A DNA stretch of 64,000 nt from Marsupella aquatica (Eukaryota > Plantae > Marchantiophyta), in contig OZ316895.1 in the NCBI GenBank assembly GCA_973895155.1, forward strand, positions 7,800,184 through 7,864,183, written 5' to 3'. Below, in pieces: positions 20,007-33,300 of this stretch. The notes below the pieces were generated by a model. The model saw only the letters and a program-made list of their open reading frames with translations. It ran no database searches and had not been told where the DNA came from. Made by a program: the position numbers and the translations under genes. How positions within the stretch are numbered: the first letter of the stretch is position 1; every line of letters begins with the position of its first letter.

Positions 20007-22740
20007 GTTTGGCTATGCTGTAGACACCAGGTCGAGGTTCTCTACAGGAGAGTACTTTAGCAATTTTTTGCTTGGACCAGATGAACCTACCTTGACTAGG
20101 AGGTTACAACCCACCTACATGGTTTATGGGCTGCGAAAAGTGTAACTTTGAGACCCCCTACTGTTGTTAGGTGATATATTCACTAATTTGAATACATAGA
20201 AAGACACAAGTTTAAATTTTAAAAAAGGAGGGCAGCACTCATCTTTGAGCACGAAAGGCTCAATCGACCAACTTTGCCTTGAGAAAGGTGCAGCGTCAAC
20301 CAAAGACTATATAAATGGGTACAAATGACAAGTACCTTTACTTGCTCATCCTCTACTCCCACTTATATTGTTTGCCTATGGTGTAGACATTACGTTGAAG
20401 TTTAGTACAGGACAGTGCTTTAGCAATTTTGCTTGGAGAAGATGAACCTACCTTGCCTGGGAGGTTACCACCCATCTCCATGGTTTATGGACTGGGAAAA
20501 GTGTAACTTTGAGACCCGCTACTGTAGTACGTTGTGTAGCATTTACTAATTTTGAATGCACAGAAAGGAATAATTTTCAATGAAAAAGAGGAGGCATGGA
20601 CTCATCTTTGAGCATGGAAGTCTCAATTGACCATCTTTGCCCTGAGAATGGTGCAGGGCCAAGCTAAGACTATACAAATGGGTACAAATTGCAACTAAGC
20701 ACACTTCACTGTGGTACTCCCCTACTCCCACTTATGTAGTTTGGCTATGGTGTAGACACCACATCAAAGTTGTGTAGAGGAAAGTACTTTAATTACTAGC
20801 CATTTTTCTTGGACCAGATGAACCTACCTTGCCTGGGAGGTTACAACTCATTTACAGTCCTTGGCATTTGGTGACGAGAAACCATTCTGAAGGCAAAATT
20901 GGTCAATTGAGTTTTTCATGTTCAAAGATGAGTCGGTTCCTCCTTTGTGTTCTTGAAAATTCTGTTAGAAATCAAAATGTTGCCTTTCTGTGCATTCAAA
21001 ATAATTAAACATAAATTCGATGACTACAGTAGCGGGTCTCAAAGTTACACTTTTCACGATCCATAAACTATGGCCTATGAATATGCCACAAATGCACGGT
21101 TAAATTATGGTCATAATGGTACTTGTTGGCGGTACTAACGACTCTATAAGTGGGTACAAATGACAAGTACACTTCACCAGTTCACCCTGCCCCCCTCTAC
21201 TCCTGCTTGTATCTTTTGGCTATGGTACAGACACCAAGTTAAAGTGGTGTAGGAAAGTGCTATTGCCGTTTTTGCTTGGACCAGAAACCTACCTTGCCTG
21301 CAAGGTTACAACCCATCTACAGTCCTCTCCGAATAATTGGTGACACTCCCCCATTCTGAAGGCAAACTTGCTCAATTCTGACTTTCATGCTCAAAGATGA
21401 GTCTGTGTCTCCTTTTTGTCATGGAAAATTGTGTCTATCAATTTAAGTGCCTTTCATGCCTTTCTGTGCAAAATTGGCAAATAGATGACTATAGTTGCAG
21501 GTCTCAAAGTTACACTTTTCACAGTCCACAGACTGATGATTACAATAGATGGTCTCAAAATTACCTTTTTTACGGTCCATAAACCATGATTTATGGATAT
21601 ATACGCAGAAATTCTTTGTTAACTTATGGTCAGAATGGTACTCGTTGGCAGTGGGGTTGGCGGTAACTAAAGACTATACGAAGTGAGTACAAATGACATT
21701 TAGATTCGGAGTAGTTTAACTGTATTTTCATGGAAGTGAAGTACTGAAAGCGGATTGGCCAATGAGACTCGATTGTTTCAGTACATTTCCACTGTGACGA
21801 CTCCTGTCCCAAAATCTCCCTGATCCTGTGTGCCCCGATCTGAGTAAGAAGGTGCCATAGGTAGGTCGTGATTTAGGTTTGCAGAATGACATGCATAGTA
21901 CAGTGAACGAAGTTCACTGAGTTTATTATCATCTTCATGCTGCTCGTCTCCATTGGTGAAATAGCAAGCTGCCTATGGAATGCCCTGTTCTGTAATTGCT
22001 TGTGTGTTCCAATTACAGGAGAGAGCACATTACAGGGGACTAAAATTGGGCCACTATGGAGGGTTTGGAGGCCAGACTTACTTTCTTGGAGACGGCTTTA
22101 GCAGCTTCAAAATTCTCTTGATTTTGTGACTTCATAACCTCACAGGAGCATTATACTCAGGTCAATGGCAGACAAGTACGTAGGGCGAGAAAAACTGAAA
22201 ATGTCTTGGATCCCTTGTCTAGATGACTACAGTAGCGGGTCCTAAAGTTACACTTTTCATGGTCTAGTCCCCTGTCCATTGTCATTTTTGTGCATTCAAA
22301 ATTAGGAAATATTAGATGACTACAGTAGCGGGTCTTAAAGTTACACTTTTCATGGCCTAGTCCAGGGTCCATTGTCTTTGTCTGCATTCAAAATTAGGAA
22401 TATTAGATGACTACAGTAGCAGGTCTCAAAGTTACAGTTCTCGTGGTGGATAATGATTGCTTATCTTCTTGCTTATCCTGGCATTCCAGATTAGTAAATG
22501 TTAGATAACTATAGTAGCGGGTATAGTAGTGGGTCTCAAAGTTTTCACTTTGCACAGTCCATTGCCTTCTTGTGTAATCAAAATCAGTTAATATTAGATA
22601 TGGTAGTGGGTCTGAGAGTTACACTTTCTACGGTCCATACACCATGGCTTATGGATATCTACGCAAAAATCCTTGATTATCTTTTGGTCACAATGGTATT
22701 TGTTGGCGATAACTACAGACTATACATTTGGTACCAATGA
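20007..22740. repeat. Degenerate tandem array of ~360-480-bp units with an internally inverted segment, followed by ~95-bp sub-repeats
   Basis: GGCTATGGTGTAGACA...AACCTACCTTG.CT.GGAGGTTAC starts units at ~20007, 20370, 20740 and 21216. AAAAGTGTAACTTTGAGACCC occurs in units 1-2 and its reverse complement in units 3-4 and at 22220-22640. Confidence 0.85.
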
Positions 22741-24759
22741 AAGTGTCCTTGACTGGCTTTTAAAAAGTAAATTATGTGACCATCCAATTATGAGCTATTT
22801 TGGAAGTTTGAGCCCAGATGGAAAAATAAGTTGTTGGTGAAGTCCCCATGGACAAGTCAAACCTGGATGGGCGGGATTGAAACACAAAAATATTGTTGGA
22901 TACTGTTTCTAACATTTTTGTCCAAAAAGTACACTGTTAGAGGCCATGTTTGTCACTTTTGTCCAAAAAGCACCTTTCCCCGGCTAGAGCACCATTTCTG
23001 TCCAAAAGGTAACCTCTCAGTGGTAAGATCACTAATGATTGCAAGTTTGGGTTCATTCTCTCATCTATTTTTTCCTGCCATATGGTTACTCGTTTTTTTT
23101 TAGTTCCATAAAAAAAGATAAAACTTAATTAAGGTGCATTTAGGATTTTGAGGATCTTATGTGGCCCTTATGTGAAATGGAACCTAAATAGATTGAAAGC
23201 TTCACATTTACTTATGGTGCTTCAAGTACCTTCCTTCACACTAAAAAATCAAAGGATTCGACAGTTTTAACAATTTTCACAATGCAAATTATGATCTAAC
23301 TAATTTGATGTAAAACATTGATTTGTCAGTGCATGCAATGATGTCAGAAAAGGAATTCTAGATATATTGTGTATGGCATGGAAAATTATAATTAAGTATC
23401 ATGTGCACTCTCACATTGGCACAAGAAATTACAAAATTATCAAAAATCAGTCACTGAGACCAAAAATTATGGTAAATGGAGGGCTCAAAGATTCTACAAT
23501 CTATATCTTGATAATGTTCTAAATATTTTGTGTAATACTGATTTATATGTTTACATGTAAAAACAATTTGAGATAAAATAATGGCATCTAGTTACATAGT
23601 TACATTCAGCTATAATGCTCGGCAGGAACCTCATCGTCCGTAGGTAGTGGAGTGTGCAGGAGCCAATTTTTTTGGATCAGGAAAGTAATAAAACTAACAG
23701 GGTAGATTCTGACTGTACCCTTGTGTGAATCTCCAGGGAAAGATTTGTCCGGTGTCGGCATTTGCCAATCAATAATAAATATTGTTCGTGGGCCCAAGTA
23801 GCCCTGCCGGATCCTGCAGCAGAGGAGCGTCCTTCGTAGCAGGTATCGCAGTGTTGGGCGGCCTTGCTATTGTACTGTACAGTAGTTGATTAGGGAGTCC
23901 TATCATAGTCATCATACCATAGTGCATCCGAAAAACGTGCATCAGAAAAATGCCTTTAAAATAAGATAGTTATATTTTATTGTGCACGCTTTCAGATTTA
24001 GAGGGACATAGTGAAAATGGAGCTTGGATAGATAGCTACTATAGGTCTGTCAAAATGCTCCCTTGGAATGTTGCAACTCAGATGGACGGCATTTTACTCA
24101 CAATGTCACACACAATGTCACAGGGCATATTCTGAATGAGTCCATCCCAATTGCCTGATTTCTGTCTTTGGCGCATGGGAGCATAATTTTTGAGATATAG
24201 TTGATGGACTCCATGAGTGACACCCCATGACTAACCCAAAACGGTTGATGGACCTTAAATCAACATAACCAAACTCTTGTGGAGCCTCAGGGGGTCCATG
24301 AAGTATCACTCAAGTTAGGAGTCAATCAAGTAGATATTCCCCAGATTAGCGTAGGAAGCACAACTCAAATTTTCTCACAAAAGCCAAAGATATATAGTGA
24401 AAAGTTTTGGGTATGTTTTCTGCCTAGAAGAAATCGAGAGATACGCGGAACAATCCTAGACTACTCTAGGTGCGCATTTTACCTATCTACTGAATTGCCA
24501 ATGTAAGATATGTTACCCCACTTGGGCATATATTTAAGTGCTAAAAAACAGAAACGCCAACCTGGTAGACAGGGTCCCAAAGGCAAGGCAACCCAATAAA
24601 GGGGAGGGAAAAGGGGCTGCAAGAACAAAAAAGGTTGCAAACAGGTCAAACTTCCCCCATACCAAAACACGAGAAACCAAAGAACTGACTAACACTAGCC
24701 CAAGAGAGCCTAAACGACAAACATCCTACTGGGCGGCAAACTCAAATGCAATTAGTAAA

Positions 24760-25100
24760 GCTCCGGAGAAAACCACATAGAAGGGTCCCGGAGTGGAATC
24801 TGTCTTGAGGCCCTAAAACCAACAGCCTCACCCCTACGGAGGACAGTGAAAGCCTGAGCTCGCTGAAGGGCCATAGACACCCTCAGGCAGAAGAAGGCAG
24901 TGAGGACAGAGACTAGTGGCAGGGAAAGGCCTCTTTGCCCGGGTCTTTGCCACTTGCCCACGCTTCACATTCCCTCCGCCCACACTCCACTTTTGCCTTC
25001 CCTCCAGAAACCTTGGACACAGGTATCAAGTGGGATGACTGAGTGGTCTCACCATTTGCTCCTGTACTGTTTAGCACACTAATGTAGCAATGGGGTGTCG
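24760..25100 (-). mobile_element. Relic C-terminus of an RLE-type (CRE/SLACS-like) non-LTR retrotransposon
   Basis: VSVLTAFFCLRVSMALQRAQAFTVLRRGEAVG resembles the 'RQRVSVALQRAQA..IL.RA' C-terminus of this group; preceded by a degenerate KQY...VIPL motif. Recalled, not searched. Confidence 0.45.
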
Positions 25101-27333
25101 AACATGCTCCTGGTCTACAACTAGTTTTGGGTGACTAGTTTGGAAACTTTTTGAGGATGGCCCTTGACCTGCTCCAGTAGAAGTGTTGGGAGGATTCAGA
25201 ATCCCAGAAAGTTGTCAGAGGCTGATGAAACGTATTTAGCTTGAGAATGTGTTGAAGGATATGGGTTGGACATAATTGGACTCAAACCAATGAGAAGGGC
25301 AATGTTAGGGGTTGCCCATTTGTTTGCCCAGAAAGGCAGTGAGCAACAAGACTTCCCTTCCATCCCCAATTGGAGAGGCTCCCAAGCGGTAAATTAGGGG
25401 ACTCAAACATTGGGATGCTTAAGTTTTGTGTGAATTGTTAGTAGACAGTCAGAATGACGATGGCAACAAGTGAGGGGAGGTTTTCCTTTTGCAACTGGGG
25501 GCAAATTCATGGGGCCAAGTTGAATCCTTGCACACCTCACTCCCACCTTGCCTTTTCTTTCAGGTGATGTTGACTTCCCTGTTCACTTTGGAGGTGGGAG
25601 TTAATTAACATTTGGGGTTGGGTGATTGTCTCCCGGCCCCCAGCCCACCCTAGTTGTTGTGTGGGCTGCACCAGCTAAGTCTCTTTGTACCCCTGGCCTC
25701 CATCGCAGGGAGGTGGAGGCCCTTGCCCCCTCCCTAACACAATTTTGCACAAGAGGGTGAGGAGGAGAAAGGGGAAAATAATGAAAAGAAATGAATAAAA
25801 CAAGTGCCGTCTTGGGACTTTACTTGGACCCCGCAATGGTCTGACTGCTATTGTCCATCTTACACTCCCCTGCCCACGCCCTTACAACCAAGGATCACTT
25901 TTGTAACAACAACATAGACCAAAATGACAATGAACATTTTTTTAACAACAACTATCCAGCCTAAATGAGTACCATTGGCAAGTATGATTGCACAAATGAG
26001 ACTACTAAAACAACAACACTTCTTTGTATCACCCAAACATCTATGTGCAACACACGCACCTTATCACAGGAACAACAACACCATTGCAATGACTATCTTG
26101 AGGCAATGTCTAATATGTGGAAACAATGACAATCATGTAACGGACAGGCACTAGGCTGGTAGTGTACTATGATCCGAGAGAAATAGGCATGCTCCCATGT
26201 ACAGTAGTAAGTTGATTAGCACCTAGTGCAACAAGTCCAACAAATGACATGGGCAGCGTCGTAGCAGCTTCGCCATCTTGGCCATCTTGGCCATCGGGTA
26301 CATTAGACGAGATATATGAGACATACGGCAGCCCACGTACTATTCTTTGACTTCCCTGCTATTGGCGCATTGCTTCTGTTTCCATTCTGTGAAGACAAAG
26401 CCTATATTTCGCTTTCTCTCCAATTGCTTGCGTTTTCAGGTACACTCGTTCGTTACTGAATTGAGTCTCGCCGGTGCCCCGGAATCCCAGATGGTTCCTC
26501 GAAGATTGCCCGGGGGCATCGTACTACTAGTACTGTAGTGGTGTACCTACACTAGTCTTGGAGAACTTTCTTTGGCGGGGTTTTTCAGCCTTGGAAGATT
26601 TTTGTCGCCATTACATTTTGGGGTGAGTGGTGAGATTGTTGTCACTGATTGGTTCTATCTGTACTGCTTCCGTAGCATCGTGAGTGAAAATGTGTTCCTT
26701 TTTGTGCTTCCATTAAAGTAAACAGGTGGACCTGCAGGACTCTTGAGGAGGACTTGTGGAGAACTTCAGTAGCCACTGACAGGGGCGGGTACGAATGAAC
26801 TATAAAAACAGACCACAGCCCTCGGAATAAGGGCATCATTGGACGAAACTGTCGGTGTGGAGCAGCTTTCAGGAGGCGCATTTAATGACAGGAGTCGTAT
26901 AGATTCCTTCTCCAGGGCAGAGAAGAGAGCTCATGATTCATGATTGCAACATTGAGAATTTATGTTAAAAGAGGCAGAGGAAGAAGTGTTAGCTTGGAAC
27001 ATTGCAGTGAATTGTAGCAGATTCTTTTGATGAATCGGCTGGAGGTGCAGGAGTTCGTAGGAGAGGAAAGATTGTGGTGAGGATTTTCAGAAGCAATGCC
27101 GCTTCGCCACTGAGTGGTAATTTCTAATTTGAGCTCAGTTGTCTTATGTTCTTCCTTCTCTCGCAGTGGTGAGGGGCAGTTCGATCGGAGGAATGTTGCT
27201 CCGCATGATTCTGTGGTAGAGAAGATAGCTGCGGTTTCTGGATGCGTCTACCTTTCTAAAAGACGGTGGCATTTCCGTGAGTTGAGCCCTCGAGACTTCT
27301 GTGTGCATTCATTGTTCGACCGGAGCTGGAAAG

Positions 27334-30300
27334 ATGAGAGTTGCCGTGGTCGGATCCGGGGTCGCTGGTCTCACTGCTGCGCGGACACTTGCCAAAGCCG
27401 GTGTCCAAGTGGTTCTTTACGAGAGGGACAGCCACATTGGCGGTCATACCCACACTCTGCACATCGATGGCGTCGGTCTTGACATTGGATTCATGGTGTT
27501 CAACCAGGTGAGTGAGGGAGTGCTCAGCGCCGTTATCATTGCGCTCCAAGTGGTGGGTTTTGCAACTGTCAAAGCAAGAGCTGATCTGGAGTGAAATGTA
27601 GGAAGACCACTGTGTCCTTTTGAGAGCATCCCTTCAGTTCCGCACCGAAGAACTTATCTCACTTTAAAGGTCTTCTTTTACGGTGGTGCGCCATGTCGTT
27701 ACCGTAACATTCTGTGACAAGACAAGCTCACTACATCTTACAAGCGAAATTTCATAGCAAGTTTCAGGATCCAGTCACGTAGTGGCTGTCGCTGTTTAGT
27801 CGCCATGACGGTCGCACATTTGTTGCCTCAATTGTTTAGTCGAGGCAGTCCACCATGTAAGGGTGTCGCGAGCATCGATGTACGCCGTTTGTCGGTATTC
27901 GCTAGTTCTGTGTGGGTCATCGAACCCACTCTCCAGCAATGCCGATAGGTTAACTGAAGATACTGCTAGGGCTATCCTTCAACTGTATTTCGCTGCTCGT
28001 TGACATGTTCGCGGATTCTGAACATGCAGCCGTCCATTTGTATGGAAGAGACTTGTTGAGAAGGGTTAAGGTTAAGTGTACTTGGCATAGTCGGAACTCA
28101 AGAGAACCTTCTGCGGCTCTGCCCCTGGGCCCGAAAGCAGACAGCGCCGCCGAAGGGCGATGTAAAGTTGCGGACACGCGGCTACAGGCAAAAGCAAGAG
28201 AAAGTTTTGCATGAGCCCAGCTCACCAAAACCTTAGATTCAGCTGTCCGGTCATATAATTAAGTAATTGCGGGTTATCCTCATTCCGTTGTAGGTACTAC
28301 TGTACCGTCGCTGATGAGAATTCTTCGTCTCGAACTCTTGGGAGTTATATGTGAAAGTACGTGTAGGGTGCTCTACCACCATGCAAAGATCTGATGATGA
28401 TGATGGTGGTCATGATTTGTCAACGGCTTCTTCGGTAGCCTCAATTAAAAGAGTCAGCTATTCTCTAGATAGAATTGCGTGAGATTCCTCCACAATTTCC
28501 TCCTTCAGGTTACTGTAGCTAAGTGGTCTACTAACTAGTCTACCTCTAAGAATTTGCAGGTGACTTATCCACACATGGTGACATTTTTCGAAGAGCTCGG
28601 GGTAGAGATAGAGGCCTCGGATATGTCATTTGCAGTGAGTCTGGCCGAAGGAAGGGGATGTGAATGGGCCAGCACCAGCTTGGGCGGACTTTTCGCACAG
28701 AAGAGAAATGCAGCGAATCCATTCTTCTGGAACATGCTCCGTGAAATGGTGAAGTTTGAGAAAGATGCTCTTAGGTAATCTAGAGCGATACAAACTGTCG
28801 TTTAAATTGAAGTTTATGTCTATCTGCTCAACTTGCTTCGTATATAGTGAGCATTACAACTCGTTCGTGCAATTCAAAAAATCGTTTATGCTTGTGCATC
28901 AGAATTGGTGTTCTAGTTGAATGGGTTTGGCCCGCTACGAAGTATGAGATTGCAGTTGGGGATGTGAATTGACGATCGTTCTCCGTTGCAGCTTTCTGAA
29001 GCAGATGGAAAGCGACGACGCCAGCATTGACAGAAATTTAACACTTGGCGAGTTTCTCCAATCACATGGATACTCTCAAAAATTCAGAGAATGCTATCTG
29101 GTATTATGTGATTACATATTTCGCTTGTTTGCTTGATGGCATGACACGAATGTTTCGCTGCGTTTTTCAATTCTCGTAGATGGCCTCCATTACTTGACCT
29201 TCGTCTTTGCAGTGGCTGCCGATATATACATACATACATATCTTTGTTTTTCTGGAATGAGGCAGATGCTGCAAGTATTTCGTACTGAAGAGATAAATTC
29301 CTTGTCTCTCTTCTTGACAGATCCCAGTTTGCGGATCAATTTGGTCGTGCAATTCTGAACAAGTGTTGGGCTTCTCCGCCGTTTCCATTCTGACGTTTTG
29401 CCGCAATCATCATTTACTGCAGGTACGCGCTGATGTTACTCGTTGTCTTCAATTTCCTTAGCTACATTCAGATTAATTTGAGTTATTCTGATCCACCTCT
29501 ACTATGTTTCTCCGTATATTTTGCAGTCCACTTACTCTGTTTCTATGAACTCTGAACGTTTTTGTACAGTACTAATAGTACGGCTCAATTGGGTCTTGTG
29601 GGGTTAAAATCCACTTTCATTCCATTTGTCTGGATTGAATTGACCACTTTTCCGCCTAACATGAAATCGATCTTTCAATTTATGGCTTAGAGTCGTCTTC
29701 TTTAACTCTGTAACTAGCATGGAGAATTGATTGATATTTCTCCTGTGGCAGTTATTTGGACGTCCACAGTGGTTAACCGTAAAGGGTCGCTCCGAGATAT
29801 ATGTCAACAAGGTTACTTTTTAACTAAATGACCACCAGCTGTTGAAATATGGTTTGCTCGCCCAAACTCGAGCAGTATGTTGGAAGATTGATTACGATCT
29901 CGCAGTTAACTCCAACGGCATGATTAGGATTAGAGGAAAGTATAGGATGTCGCGTTCTGTAAGGCAAGGTGTGGAAATGTCTGAGAATTATTATTTTTGA
30001 GCTGGATTGCAGGTCTTAGAGGAGCTCAAATTAGCGGGGGCAGAGATTAGGATTAACACTGCTGTCACTCGAATCAAAAGCCTGGAGGATGGTATTTGTC
30101 TGCTCAGAACTTGTCACTGAAAATGGAATGTGTATATGTTGGTGTTGTGATTACTCTATGGCACCATTGCTACTTTGGATTCATTGTCTTTCAAAGGTCA
30201 CCTCTCCTTGTCTGAATGTTGTGGCTGCAATTGTCAAGTAAAGGGTAGACAATTCCGAAAATCGACAGGTCAGACCAACCATGCTCAATGTGCAGGCCGA

Positions 30301-33300
30301 GTACAACTGGAGGATGCAAAGGGAATACTTGATATATATGATAAGTGCGTTGTGGCCGCCCATGCGCCGGATGCTTTGGAAATGCGGGGAGAAGATGCAA
30401 CACACAGCGAGAAATCTGTCCTAGGGGCCTTTCAATATAGCTACAGGTGGGTGCCTCTTCTTCGGCTTTTGTACTGGATTTAGACAAAATTGATCTTTTA
30501 GTAATTGAATGTCTACGAGAGAACTCTGTTTCCGCTTCCATATAATTGGAGATGACCCTTCCCGTTGACAGTGACATTTACGTGCACCGGGACTCGTCAC
30601 TCATGCCCAAGAACACAGCAGCATGGAGTGCGTGGAACTTCCTTGGAGACGTAGGTGGTCGAGTTTGTCTGACTTATTGGATAAATCTATTGCAGGTATG
30701 TGATACACTCTCCATGTGGACGATCAATGTCAAGGATACGGTTCTGCAGTTTGATATTGTTTTACTTAGTTCTGAACTACAGAGTTTTTGGGTTAACGGG
30801 TTATATTCCAATTTTGTCTCTGGATTTGGATTGGTGTGCAGAATTTGGGTGACACAGGACGGCCCTTCTTGGTCACTTTGAATCCTCCAAGGAAACCGGA
30901 ACACACGGAGAGCTTCTGGCGAACAAGTCACCCTGTTCCAAGCCCTGAAGCAGCGAATGCTTCCAAACGACTTGGCTCTATCCAAGGTCATAAGGGAGTG
31001 TGGTATTGTGGAGCATATCAAGGTAGCGTTCTCGCTTGTGGTTTGCATGGTTCCCACTTTGTAGTAAAATTAAGGTGAATGTAGCAGCTAGAAGCCTTTC
31101 CAGCATGGTGCCTAGTTAGTTGGTAATACTACGAAGACAGGGTGGAACAAGTAAAGGCCTTGCCAAGGTTTGTTGTGCAGTCAATTATCCGTCTAGTTCA
31201 CAATCGTATGGATTAATACTCTTGTTTCGCCGGGCATTTCTTTCATTCTATGCAGGCTATGGGTTTCATGAAGATGGTCTCAAGGTAACTCCTCTAATTC
31301 TTAACCTTAGTTTACGAGACCAGTGGTTTTGACACCAATTTCACACTTTGTTCGAGAGCCTGACTGGATGTTTGTTGGCTCCACAGTCCGGCCTAAAAGC
31401 TGCAAAGGACGTTTTGGATGTGAAGTTTGAACCTCTTTCACTTGTGAAGCACATGGTCCCTTCCTGGTCAGAGTTCGCTGCTAAACAAGCTGTTATCGCT
31501 GTTTTGAACAAATTTGTTCGCACTGGCACTCTCCGGTAAGACTTCCACACAGAGTGCTGATACTCTTTTTGTCGCTGAAGGCTTCAGATTCGTGCTTTTC
31601 GGCTCCCTCTCCTCAAAAGCAGTACCAAGTGATCCTGTGTATTTATGAATGAAGTTGACATCTTCAACAGCCTAACGAGGGCTCATTAATTTATTTTCTG
31701 ATTGGACCTATTGTTTCCAATTCAGCTCTCCATTGGACTTCGTTGTGATATTCTTCAGTCGTTTTACATTTAATTATTAGATGGCAGTAATTTATTCATA
31801 TTAGTTCTACGTCAATTGTACTGAAGTCTCTGTTGTGCAAAGCGCAGGTTGCTGGAAACTGGTGGGTCAGTTTATGAGTTTACCGGGGATGAAAAAGGCT
31901 GCAGCTTGACGTGTACAGTTCGAATACATAGTCCAGCGTTCTACTGGAAGGTCTGTTGAATGCAGAATTTGTGTTGTGCAGTACAGTTTCCTGAGGGGTA
32001 TCAGAGAATTGGACCGACCGTATATTGACACCTAAAAGTGTGACTCTTGCAACAGATTGCTACAAGAGCAGATCTTGGTCTCGCAGACGCATACATCGAT
32101 GGTGACTTTTTATTCGTGGGCGACTCCAAGAAGAACAACTTGCTTTACTTCATGCAGGTAGATCATTTGCAATTTTTTTGAGAGATTAACAAGAGGCAGA
32201 GTTGACGATGAACTTGCGTGCTATTTTTTTCTCGTTTATTTGTGTCACTGAGATTTCTGTGGCGGAATCGATGGCAGCTCATAATTGCGAACAGGGACGT
32301 TGGCAAAAATCAGGAAACAATCAAACAGAGCAGGTTTGTTACATTCCCGATTGGTCTATTTTTGTAGTTTTGCCACAGAGTTTCCCTTCCATGCTTTTTG
32401 GACTTCCCTCTGGGTACATTTCCCTGATTCGGGTGTCCACAGGGGTTGGTGGAGTCCACTGTTTGTGACATCTGCTGTTGGATCTGCGATGTCGTACTTC
32501 CGGCATGCATTTCGCGACAATTCCCTCACCAATGCTCGTCGAAATATCTCACAACATTATGATTTGGTGGGTTTCCCTCGCCATCTCTTCCAATGATTTC
32601 GTCTCAATCCTTTATCACCCTTGTCTCTGGCCTGCTTTTAGCAGTCCAAGTCTTCTACTTTTGCGTTCTTGTAAAGCTGCGGGTACATTTGAAGCCATAC
32701 ACAATGTTCTCTGCTTCTTTTCGTTCCATAGCTGGGCACTAACTTTCCGTGCCGATTGGTCTGTACAGAGTAACGACCTATTTTCATTGTTTCTGGACGA
32801 GACGATGACGTACTCGTGTGCCATCTTCAAGGTACTTGACGACGCATTCTTAAGAGAATGTCCTGATATTCCAACCTCTCTAGTTAAATTGGTGCTGTTG
32901 GGCTTTCTTCGAGGCGAAACGTCGAATCTGTACAGTGTGAATTTCGAGAAACTGTCTAGAAGTTCACTCGCCATGAACAATCTCAATGTTCTTGGTTTTG
33001 CCTAGTCCCGACGCTTACATACCCATTATATGCTACAAGTTGACCGGGCGATATTCGTTTTGGTAAAAGATTTCTGGACCTCTGGAACTATTCTCCAGTT
33101 TTTAGCTTCTGACCGTCTGTGCTGAATGCAGGGACCCGATGACTCGCTAAAAGATGCGCAATTGCGGAAATTGCACCTAATGATTGACAAGGTAAATCAA
33201 AATTTCGAATCTGAAAGACAGATAGATTCCCTGGAGTTATTTCCCTCGAACATATTTATCATCAAAATTGAATGCAATGTCCATTGGCATCAATACACCC

